From the human T2T-CHM13v2.0 reference genome, Homo sapiens: a stretch of 64,000 nt of DNA. The notes beneath the pieces were generated by a model. That model was given only the letters and a program-made list of their open reading frames with translations, did not search any database and had not been told where the DNA came from. Shown in pieces: positions 53,400 to 64,000 of this stretch (position 1 is its first letter; every line of letters begins with the position of its first letter). A program made the translations under genes and the position numbers. Location of the stretch: positions 9,408,001 to 9,472,000 of the forward strand of contig CP068257.2 in the NCBI GenBank assembly GCA_009914755.4. Reading direction: 5' to 3'.

Positions 53400-55130
53400 T
53401 ACAGCATGGGCTTGTAAAACCTATAAACTCTCCTTACAATTCTCCCATTTTACCTATTCAAACACCAGACAAGTCTTACAGGTTAGTTCAGGATCTGCTC
53501 TGGCCATCATGTCTCCGTGCAGCAGTTGCCATCACCCTAATGCTTTTAGAGGCCCTAAAAATCACAAACTGTGCTCAACTCACTCTCTACAGTTCTCATA
53601 ACTTCCAAAATCTATTTTCTTCCTCACACCTGATGCATATACTTTCTGCTCCCCGGCTCCTTCAATTGTACTCACTCTTTGTTGAGTCTCCCACAATTAC
53701 CGTTGTTCCTGGCCCGGACTTCAATCTGGCCTCCCACATTATTCCGGATATCACACCTGACCCCCATGGCTGTATCTCTCTGATCCACCTGACATTCACT
53801 CCGTTTCCCCATATTTCATTCTTTCCTGTTCCTCACCCTGATCACACTTGGTTTATCAATGACAGTTCCACCAGGCCTAATTGCCACTCACCAGCAAAGG
53901 CAGGCTATGCTATAGTATCTTCCACATCTATCATTGAGGCTACCGCTCTGCCCCACTCCTCTACATCTCAGCAAGCCAAATTCATTGCCTTAACTCGAGC
54001 GTCACTCTTGCAAAGGGACTACACATCAATATTTAAACTGACTCTAAATATGCCTTCCATATCCTATGCCACCATACCATTATATGGGCAGAAAGAGGTT
54101 TCCTCACTGCGCAAGGGTCCTCCATCATTAATGCCTCTTTAATAAAAGCTCTTCTCAAGGCCACTTTACTTCCAAAGGAAGCTGGAGTCATTCACTGCAA
54201 AGGCCATCAAAAGGCATCAGATCCCATTGCTCAGGGCAATGCTTATGCTGATAAAATAGCTAAAGAAGCAGCTAGCATTCCAACTTCTGTCCCTCACGGC
54301 CAGTTTTTCTCCTTCTAATTGGTCACTCCCACCTACTCACCGACTGAAACTTCCACCTATCAATCTCTTCCCACACAAGGCAAATGGTTCTTTGACCAAG
54401 GAAAATATCTCCTTCCAGCCTCACAGGCCCATTCTATTCTGTCGTCATTGCATAACCTCTTCCATGTAGGTTACAAGCTGCTAGCCCACCTCTTAGAACC
54501 TCTCATTTCCTTTCCATTGTGGAAATCTATCCTCAAAAAATCACTTCTCAGTGTTCCATCTGCTATTCTACTACTCCTCAGGGATTATTCAGGCCCCCTC
54601 CCTTCCCTACACATCAAGCTCAGGGATTTGCCCCCACCCAGGACTGGCAAATTGACTTCACTCACATGCTCTGAGTCAGGAAACTAAAATACCTCTTGGT
54701 CTGGGTAGACACTTTCACTGGATGGGTAGAGGCCTTTCCCGCAGGGTCTGAGAAGGCCACCACGATGATTTCTTCCCTTCTGTCAGACACAATTCTTTGG
54801 TTTGGCCTTCCCTCCTCTATACAGTCTGATAACGGACCAGCCTTTATTAGTCAAATCCCCCAAGCAGTTTCTTAGGCTCTTGGTATTCAGTAAAACCTTT
54901 ATACCCCTTACCATCCTGAATCTTCAGGAATGGTAGAACGGACTAATTGTCTTTTAAAAATACACCTCACCAAGCTCAGCCTCCAACTTAAAACAAAAAA
55001 GAGGACTCTGTCAAGGATAGAGCCCCAAAACTCACCAACCAAACAAGTAATTCTGCTGAACCCCCTTGAGCACTCTCTAATTGGATGTCCTGGGTCCTCC
55101 CAATTCTTAGTCATTTAATACCTGTTTTTC
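53400..55130 (+). pseudogene. HERV-H pol remnant: RT N-terminal fragment, RNase H and integrase core. gag, protease, most of RT and env are deleted. The remnant is interrupted by stops and frameshifts.
   Basis: Translations: LVKPINSPYNSPILPIQTPDKSYRLVQDL (RT N-terminus, ~53390-53480); HTWFINDSSTRPN...AGYAIV...EATALP...SQQAKFIALTRA (RNase H, ~53840-54010); IHCKGHQKASDPIAQGNAYADKIAKEAA (~54190-54275); VDTFTGWVEAFP...QSDNGPAF...YHPESSGMVERTN (integrase catalytic core, ~54700-54950). Confidence 0.7.
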
Positions 55131-55437
55131 TCCTTCACTTATTCACACCTTGTGTCTTCCGTTTAGTTTCTCAATTCATACAAAACCGCATCCAGGCCAT
55201 TACCAATCATTCCATATGACAAATGCTCCTCTTAACAACCCCACAATTCTTACCACAAAATCTTCCTTCAGCTTAATCTCTCCCACTCTAGGTTCCCATG
55301 CCTCCCCTAATCCCACTCGAAGCAGCCCTGAGAAACATCACCCATTATCTCTCCATAGCACCCCCCAAAATTTTCACCACCCCAACACTTCAACACTATT
55401 TTGTTTTATTTTTCTTATTAATATAAGAAGACAGGAA

Positions 55438-55831
55438 TGTCAGGCCTCTGAGCCCAAGCTAAGCCATCGTATCTCCTGTGACCTGCACGTATACATCCAG
55501 ATGGCCTGAAACAAGTGAAGAATCAAAAGAAGTGAAAATGGCTGGCTCCTGCCTTAACTGATGACATTACTTTGTGAAATTCCTTCTCCTGGCTCAGAAG
55601 CTCCCCCACTGAGCACCTTGTGACCACCACCCCTGCCTGCCAGAGAATAACCCCCTTTGACTGTAATTTTCCACTACCTACCCAAATCCTATAAAACGGC
55701 CCCACCCCATCTTCCTTCACTGACTCTCTTTTTGGATTCAGCCTGCCTGCACCCAGGTGAAATAAACAGTCTTGTTGCTCACAAAAAGCCTGTTTGGTGG
55801 TCTCTTCACACTGATGCACTGATGCATGACA
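55438..55831 (+). mobile_element. HERV-H 3' LTR (LTR7-like, about 394 bp)
   Basis: Starts TGTCAGGCCTCTGAGCCCAAGCTAAGCC at 55438 after the purine-rich ataagaagacaggaa. Ends ...ctcttcacactgatgcactgatgcatgaca. Confidence 0.75.
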
Positions 55832-55836
55832 ATGCC
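55832..55836. repeat. Target-site duplication (ATGCC) on the 3' side of the HERV-H insertion
   Basis: atgcc directly follows the 3' LTR and matches 52980-52984. Confidence 0.55.
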
Positions 55837-56939
55837 ATGCTATCAGTAAGCATGTCTCTGAGTCCTGGGCCCCAGGTCACCACAGGAGAATCCAATGGAT
55901 CCTTACAGGTTGCTTAAAAGGGATAGTTTGTTGTAGTCCTGAAATAATAAAGTAATGTCCTATTCTCCACTTACCATGTAGTATTGCTTTTGTTAAATAA
56001 TCCATTGGGGCTTGGGTAGTTTAGGTGGGTCCTTTAGGCAGGATATGCCCCACTGTTATGGCTTGAATTCTGAGTTGTCAAAGAGTATGTCCCCTTAGGC
56101 AATGGTGATTTTTGTGCTACAAGAAGTCGGGGGATCAATGCCAATAATGCACTCACAAGTGAGAACCATGGTCACTGACATCCAATATGGACCAAAGCCA
56201 CATCACAGGTAGATAAGCACTACTGGTCAATGCATTCATTCTAAAACCTTCCAGTGTCACCAGTTTTTCTCCCTAAGAGGACCTGGAAATATTATGTGGA
56301 CTCATGTATCAAAAAAAAAAGTCTGAATTTCTTTCTTTTCTCCTCTTACCTTGACAGAAATATAAGGCCTTTGGCCTCCATTTGGGGACCCTGAGACCTT
56401 GGTCCCATTTCTGACTCTGCCATTCAGCCCAAGACATTGGATTTGCAATGTCCTTTCATCAAAGAAATATACCTGGCCTTTCTCTATATCTGTCCTTTAG
56501 ATAATGAGTCTCCCTTTCTGTGAAGGCCTTTATCACATGTATTGATTCCTTCTCAGATGCCTCAAGGAAGATCTGAGGACCCCTTTCTTCTTTCTCTCTC
56601 AGGTGCCTTAGTGTCTGGTTGAGTACACACTTCCCTCACTCTCTGCCCCCATGAATGACAGGGTAATTAAATAAATATCCCCAACCAAGGAACCTATGCT
56701 CCTCTATTTCCTCTTTGCCTTTTGTTTGCCTTGATCCATGCAGCCATCTCATTCACATCTGTGGGAAGTGGCAGACCTACATCCCACTTATCACCCTTCC
56801 TTCTTCTGAAAATATTCAATCCCCATGCCCCCAGGCTGCCGTCTTTCCCCTGGGCTGGGTACTAGGAAGTATCACCCCTCCTGCTTCTCAAATAAGCTAT
56901 GATTACATTAGATGGGGCCCTGCTTGCTGGACGCATTTT

Positions 56940-57730
<791 letters not shown>

Positions 57731-58889
57731 TTTGGCTGTAGTTTCAATACCAACTTAATGTTTAGAGCTTTTGCATTGTGATTTCAGACTCTTTGATTAA
57801 TATGGTGCTGCTGGGAATTCCACTGCTCCCTGTTAGTGCTGCCTATGGCAGTGGAAGCAGTTTCTCCAGGTTAGGCTACCAGGTGTCTGAGGTATGTGGT
57901 GAGGGGTGTGGTAGAATCCCCCAACCAATGTCCCCTGGCTACTCTGGGGTCATTGGGAAGAGCGTCTTAGGCCTGCAGGGACAAAGCAGCTTCTTAGGCC
58001 AGGCCACTTTCTCTACTAGGTCCCTCTTCCTGGTTCTATTTTTCCACCTTTGTGCTTCCTGGTAGCAAAGGAAGCCTCAAGCTGTACTGGGAAGGAGAGC
58101 ACCTCTCTTAGCGTTTCTCCTAGCTGCTTCTCCTGGATGGTGGTGGGTGTCTCAAGCTAGCGGCTCCTGATTGATCCAAGGGAGGAAGGAGCTTACTTGA
58201 GGTATCTTCTGTTGCTAGATTGGGGGATTAGGAAAAATAAGTCTGAAGGCCTTCTTCTGTCCAGTGAGGATACACAAGATGCCTTGCTGTTGTGCTGTTT
58301 CACCATTCCTTGCATATCAAACTAACTCTTCTGTTTACCTCCATCTCTTAGAGCTTTTTCATGTTAGTCACATGTGTCATTTTCAAAATATATAGTTGTG
58401 CATAACAAAAAGAGGCGGGAAAAACATGGATCTGTGCCATATTTTCTGAATCCGAAGTTCCTTGCATACTTTATACTAAATAAGCTTTATCTGTGAGCTA
58501 TATTACTAGTATTTTCTTTGCCTATAATTGTTTCAGGTGTCACATTTAAGAGTTTGCTTGATTATGATATTTAAATATTACAGAATGTATTTGCAGAATA
58601 TATTTGCAGAATAACAATATTCTGCAAATAATGCCCTTGATATTCAAATTGAAAATCACTTTTCGTAATAGATCAAGGAAATTAGAACCTAATGATTTAA
58701 TGGTGTACACAATTGCAGCATTAGTTTTCTATTCAAAGCAACATAAAATAAATGACAAATTGAAAGAAAAATAGGTCTTTATTTACTCTATTCAAATATT
58801 AAAATAAATAATAATATGTCTATTGAAATGTCATAATCAGGATATCATTTATTCCAATTAATTGATTAAATAAGTAATCAGTTAAATGT

Positions 58890-59178
58890 CATAGATTTTA
58901 TTTTTATTTTTATTTTTATAGAGAGAAGATGCCGTTCTGTCACCAGGCTGGAGTACAGTAGCTGGATCATAACTCACTATAACCTCAAAAAAGCCTCCCA
59001 AGTATCTGGGATTACAGGTGTGAGCCACCATGATAGGCTAATTAAATTTTTAAATTTTCTATAGAGATGAGGCTCTCCCTGTTACCCAGGCTTGTCTTGA
59101 ACTCCTGGGCTCAAGGGATCCTCCCACCTCAGCCTCCCAAAGTGATAGGATTACAGGTATAAGCCATCATGCCTGGCC
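58890..59178 (-). mobile_element. Older Alu (AluJ/AluS-like, diverged), antisense
   Basis: ttttatttttatttttatagagagaagatgccgttctgtcaccaggctggagtacagtagctgg...cctcccaagtatctgggattacaggtgtgagccaccatgataggctaatt...cctcccaaagtgataggattacaggtataagccatcatgcctggcc. Confidence 0.65.
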
Positions 59179-59269
59179 CTAGAATTTTTAAATTAATGGT
59201 GGTTGATACACATATTTACATTGTATTTTAGCCAGATTTACTGAGGTATAATTTACTTATGCAAAATTT

Positions 59270-59582
59270 ACTAATTTATTTATTTATTTATTTATTTTTT
59301 GAGACGGAGTCTCGCTCTGTTGCTCAGGCTGGAGTGCAGCAGCGCAATCTCGGCTCACTGCAAGCTCCGCCTCCTGGGTTCACACCATTCTCCTGCCTCA
59401 GCCTCCTGAGTAGCTGGGACTACAGGCGCCTGCCACCACACCCGGCTAATTTTTTTTGTATTTTGAGTAGAGACAGGGTTTCACCATGTTAACCAGGATG
59501 GTCTCAACCTCCTGACCTCGTGATCCACCCGCCTCGGCCTCCCAAAGTGCTGGGATTACAGGCGTGAGTCACTGCGCCCGGC
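59270..59582 (-). mobile_element. AluY-like element, antisense, with a (TTTA)n-type tail
   Basis: tttatttatttatttattttttgagacggagtctcgctctgttgctcaggctggagtgcagcagcgcaatctcggctcactgcaagctccgcctcctgggttcacaccattctcctgcc...ggcgtgagtcactgcgcccggcc. Confidence 0.85.
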
Positions 59583-59755
59583 CGAATATTTCCATTATAG
59601 CATATACTCGAATGCGTCTTAAAGTATTTATAAAGGTAATACTCATTGTATTTACTTATTTGACTTTTTAATTAGATTATAAAATCCAGTTACCTTTTAG
59701 TATGCTCAAAATTGTGTCAAATAATATTAATCCTTGAGTTAATTATACATTATAA

Positions 59756-60123
<368 letters not shown>

Positions 60124-63108
60124 TCAATTTTTCAATTGTATTTTCACTTTTCTCTTTTTATGCCTACCTAAATTTGTTACTATAATTGAATTTGTCATTT
60201 AGGAGTGAACATTTGTTTAAGAAAATGTAATCTTTTTCATCAGCATACTCAATATTTCAATTTTCCATTATAGATTATAAGAATAAATCTTTAGGTAATA
60301 TAGGCAAACAAAATTTAATATATAGAATTAGTTTCTTACACGATTGGAGAGTTGGTGGAGCAGGTCTTGGGCTGATCTTCTAAATGATTGCTAGAACTCC
60401 TCCAGAAAAACGACAGAGCTGAGACTGTTGTTCCTTTTGCCATGACTGAGAAGCTGGAGAATCAGGATCTCCTGTGCAACCACTGGCACTAAAATTATGC
60501 TAACTTTGCTATTTGTTTTTTTCCCAGTTTCAAAGTTTATCTTATTAACTTAAAATTTAAACAAAATTGTTAGTCTAAACATCATTAAATGTACTCATGG
60601 GAAACATATTTACATAGAGAATAATAAAATAATTTTTTGTAACTTGAGGCACATTGTCCATTTTACAAATGTACTTTTAGAAAAACTGCTTTGAGAAACA
60701 ATAATTTTTTCTGTCATCCTTCATAAAAGCTAGACAAACATTTCTAATCAAATTTCTTTTTTTTTTCTACTTTGATGTGGAAGCTGGGAAGCTCGAATGT
60801 TTGCATTTTAATTTAACAATACAAAGAAAAAATTCATCTGTTTCTCTCTACATTGTTGGCCTTAGACTTACTGTAGCAGCCTCCATTCATATCTCTTACA
60901 GGGGTACCTTATAGTTTCATATCAGGTCATTCCTGTTCCTCTTTCCTTTTGTGATGCACCTCTTCTTGCTAAAGATTTTGGTCACTATCTTTTGTTTTGT
61001 GTTTACTTATTTTAGCTTGTATATAAGTTCTGTTCTACACAACATTTCTGATTTACATGGCAGGAAATGTGTGAAACAGCTTGCCACCTTCCTGACTGAT
61101 CTGGGCCTAAACTGTGCCCCTATACTGTGAATAAACAGTTGCATTCTCTAACACATATTTTATTTGATCCAAACAATACATTAGTCCAACTACCAAACAT
61201 ACATCTTAGATCCTCTGTAGCTATAACATTTTCAACAGTCATATTTATGGAATCCATCTCCCTCTGTTATGTTTTTACTGTTATCCAAATAGAGGAGATA
61301 GATATAAATGAACTCACACTGGTCAGCCAGGGACCACACAGTGGCTTAAAATATCTTAATCCAGGTATCTGCAGACTAACCCTAACCTAACAGTGAGTTG
61401 CTACCTTTGTTTTTTTTTTTCCTCTAAGCATTAAAATACTTCTGTCATAGCTGCTTGCTTCTTGATCATAGGATCTCAGCCATGGTTCATATTTGAATAA
61501 CACAGAATGTCGGCCACAGAACTAAGGACTGGACATTTGGTCCTTTGTGACTGTTGTTACAGGAAAGTAAATGGTTTTGTTACATTGCTTGTCAGGAAAA
61601 AGAATAGGAAGGCACCTTCTATCTCAGGCTCTTTTCCTTAAAGAAGGTAGGTTTAATGTAAAACCTGAATTGTGAGTAAGCCTGGGGATATCATTTTTAG
61701 CTGTTCCAAATTGAGCAAGTACTTAGTCAAACTACCAGAGTTTTGGAATATGCCTGAGTAAGCCAGTCTGAAATAGCCGATGGTCCAGCTTAAGACTATT
61801 CAATATCCATGCACCTGCCTTTTCTAAAGCTTAAACTTCAAAAGAGTAACAGTAACAAGTACATGATCCTGTCAAATATAATTCAAATATATGTTGCACA
61901 AATTAAAATGCAGTGGTCTTATCCAAAATAGGTATCCATGATATTCACTCCTCTTCAGCTTCAGTCTCAACTATGTCTTAATATCCTGAAATAAGATAAC
62001 AAATTATGAAGTTATTCAAACCAGCCTACCCTAAAAATGATGGGAAAAATGGAAGATAATAAGACAAACAATTATATACATGACAATGCAGAAGAGAAGA
62101 AAACCCAAGAATGTATTACATACTTAATTTTATAACTGATCATGGAACTGTGGATGGTATTTGTACCATTCTTTTTATATTATTCATTCCACACTTCTCT
62201 ATAGTATCCTAAATTATCCAAGTTTCCACAGCAAGAGCCCACTCTTCATGAACAGTGACCTTAGTTGTCTTGTCAAATTGGAGTTGTTTTAATCTTCCCT
62301 TAATGTTTACCACTTGACAGAAAATCCAAAAGGCATTTGAGGAGTCCAACTCCAGGCAGAAACCCTATGTGTAATCTTTCAGGCCTAACCATAGGCCATG
62401 ACAATGGCTTTACCTGGCAGGCCTCACTAGAGAAAGATACTCTCCCTATACCAGAATTGGCAAACAGCCAGTGCATTACAATGTCTAATGGGAGCTGCAG
62501 TCTAGGACTCATTCCCCGCTAGCCAACCATCCTCCTGTGCATGTCTGCCATTCAAGTCTCAGGCACCCCCATCTGAGCTATCCTTATTAGGGACCCTCAA
62601 TATAAAACCTTTGCAGAGAACTCCTTATGATAGGGAGAGAGGGATAAGGGAGAGGAGAAAGGGGAAACCTTGAAATCATTATTCTCTATTCTGAATCAGA
62701 ACTCAGTATTTTCCCATTCTTAGCGCTTCCTCCTCTTTCTGTCCCAAGGACCCAGGTCCATAAGATGAAAGGAGCTTTTTGTTCATGGCTCCTTGGTCAA
62801 AAGATCCTTGCTGAGAAAATTCCCACATCTGCATTTGTGCTGATCTACATGACCTTGGCCTGGAGCTGTTTCATGGGACAAAATGGAACATTGGAGGAGC
62901 TAGCGATCTTTCCTCTTTAGTTTCTTGCTTAAACTATCTCAGTTAGTAAAGATTTGACTGTTACTGTCATTTTGGCTTATTGTTTTAATTAGCTATTTCA
63001 ACTCCATGGCAGCTTAGCTCTTTACAGCATTCTGGAAAGTACATAGGATTCTAGACATTTTTACTGCTTTTGTTATATGAATTACATGTCTTCATAATAA
63101 GGAATTAA

Positions 63109-63410
63109 GGCTGGGAGTGGTCACTTGTAATCACAACACTTTGGGAGGCCAAGGCGGGTGGATCAACTGACTTCAGGAGTTTGAGACCAGCCTGGCCAAC
63201 GTGGTGAGAGAAATCCCATCTCTACTAAAAACGCAAAAATTAGCCAGGCATGGTAAAGTGCGCCTGTAGTCCCAGCTACTCAGGAGGCTGAGGCGGGAGA
63301 ATCACTTGAACCCGGGAGGCGAAGGTTGCAGTGAGCCGAGATGATAGTGCCATTTCACTCCAGCTTGGACGACAGAGCAAGACTCTGTCTCAATAACAAT
63401 AACAAGAATA
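63109..63410 (+). mobile_element. Alu (AluS/Y-like), sense
   Basis: ggctgggagtggtcacttgtaatcacaacactttgggaggccaaggcgggtggatcaactgacttcaggagtttgagaccagcctggccaacgtggtgag...gcaagactctgtctcaataacaataacaag. Confidence 0.85.
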
Positions 63411-63574
63411 ATAAGGATTTAATATCCAAACCATTCTTGTAACATATTTAATATTGCCATTCAGTGGTAAATAAAAATAATATACAATCATGCCCTGCCT
63501 AATAACAACATTTCGGTCAATGATGAACTACCTACAGAACAGTGGTCCCATAAGATTATAATGAGCCAAACAAT

Positions 63575-63594
63575 TCATATATATATATATATAT
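63575..63594. repeat. (AT)n microsatellite followed by a GA-rich tract
   Basis: catatatatatatatatatatggagagaggagagagagaaagag. Confidence 0.8.
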
Positions 63595-63867
63595 GGAGAG
63601 AGGAGAGAGAGAAAGAGTTAACCATTAAACAGCCTCAGACAGGTCCTTGAGGAGGTATTCTATAAGGAAGCATTGTTATCTTAGAAGATGAAAGTTCCAT
63701 GCATGTTATTGCCCTGGAAGACCTTCCAGTGGGACAAGATATAAAGGCAGAAGACAGTAATATTGATAATCCTGACCCTGTGTAGGCCTCAGCTACTGTA
63801 TGTGTTTGTGTCTTATTAAGAAAATGTTTTAAAAGTAAATAATATAAATTTAAAAACTTTATTTTTC

Positions 63868-64000
63868 TTTTTTTTATTTTATTATTATTATACTTTAAGT
63901 TTTAGGGTACATGTGCACAATGTGCAGGTTAGTTACATATGTATACATGTGCCATGCTGGTGTGCTGCACTCATTAACTCGTCATTTAACATTAGGTATA
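63868..64000 (-). mobile_element. L1 (L1PA-like, relatively young) 3' end, antisense, truncated by the window edge
   Basis: ttttttattttattattattatactttaagttttagggtacatgtgcacaatgtgcaggttagttacatatgtatacatgtgccatgctggtgtgctgcactcattaactcgtcatttaacattaggtata. This is the reverse complement of the canonical L1PA 3' UTR end (...tacctaatg...gtgcagcacaccagcatggcacatgtatacatatgtaac...gtaccctaaaacttaaagtataat-polyA). Confidence 0.75.

Larger units (their letters stand above)
52985..55831 (+). mobile_element. HERV-H provirus with LTR7-like LTRs and a large internal deletion (about 2.85 kb of about 9 kb)
   Basis: Two direct LTRs start with TGTCAGGC(T/C)TCTGAGCCCAAGCTAA. They share ...gcctgccttaactgatgacattactttgtgaaattcc...cctataaaacggccccaccccatct...cccaggtgaaataaacag...gtttggtggtctcttcaca. 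A His-tRNA-like PBS (tttGGTGCCtg) follows the 5' LTR. Internal pol remnants and a purine-rich tract before the 3' LTR are present. A 5-bp TSD flanks the element. Confidence 0.8.

Noticed and set aside
53324-54142. 272-aa ORF inside the HERV-H internal region
   Set aside because: It is a fusion of an RT N-terminal fragment with RNase H across a large internal deletion. It lacks catalytic RT domains and is flanked by stops and frameshifts. It is a degraded pol remnant, not a functional gene.
60130-63100. Possible host gene exon in the relatively unique AT-rich stretch
   Set aside because: No ORF longer than ~90 aa, no splice-site or ORF pairing pattern, and no codon-usage signal is visible. 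The region cannot be distinguished from intronic or intergenic DNA by eye, so nothing was called.

Overview
This window is human or other catarrhine primate genomic DNA. It contains Alu elements including AluY-like copies, L1 fragments and a HERV-H/LTR7 element. It is not a prokaryotic locus, so no operon-style gene calls are made.

Positions 1-45320 are the distal part of a head-to-tail tandem macrosatellite array. The array has 32 complete monomers and one partial monomer. Monomers are about 1.41 kb (1404-1420 bp), GC-rich and CpG-dense. Unit size, composition and family features fit the human SST1 (MER22/NBL2) 1.4-kb macrosatellite family, but this assignment is from memory and not confirmed against a consensus.

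The array is not a uniform stack. It shows several layers of higher-order repeat (HOR) structure:
- near-identical 3-monomer (4227 bp) copies at 15718-24171;
- a 5-monomer-offset identity of 7045 bp, and a 2-monomer tandem duplication of 2819 bp whose junctions sit at an internal (CA)n tract, within 3400-14850;
- a more diverged dimeric alternation at 28395-39667.

Every monomer carries a promoter-like module. It consists of an NRF1-type palindrome GCGCATGCGC, an inverted CCAAT box, a TATA-like TTTAAATA and a CpG-rich start region.

The last three monomers are visibly decayed, with CpG-to-TpG changes and indels. The array ends sharply at 45320/45321 at a monomer-phase boundary.

The 3' flank (45321-64000) is AT-rich and dominated by interspersed repeats:
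- L1 fragments on both strands;
- six Alus;
- an internally deleted HERV-H provirus (52985-55831) with two LTR7-like LTRs, a His-tRNA-like primer-binding site (PBS) and a 5-bp target-site duplication (TSD) ATGCC;
- two diverged copies of an unclassified LTR-like repeat that bracket the HERV-H.

No host protein-coding gene is supportable. The many 60-240 aa ORFs in the six-frame track inside the array are artefacts of a GC-rich repeat. No novel biological system was found. The most interesting content is the internal architecture and regulatory potential of the macrosatellite.
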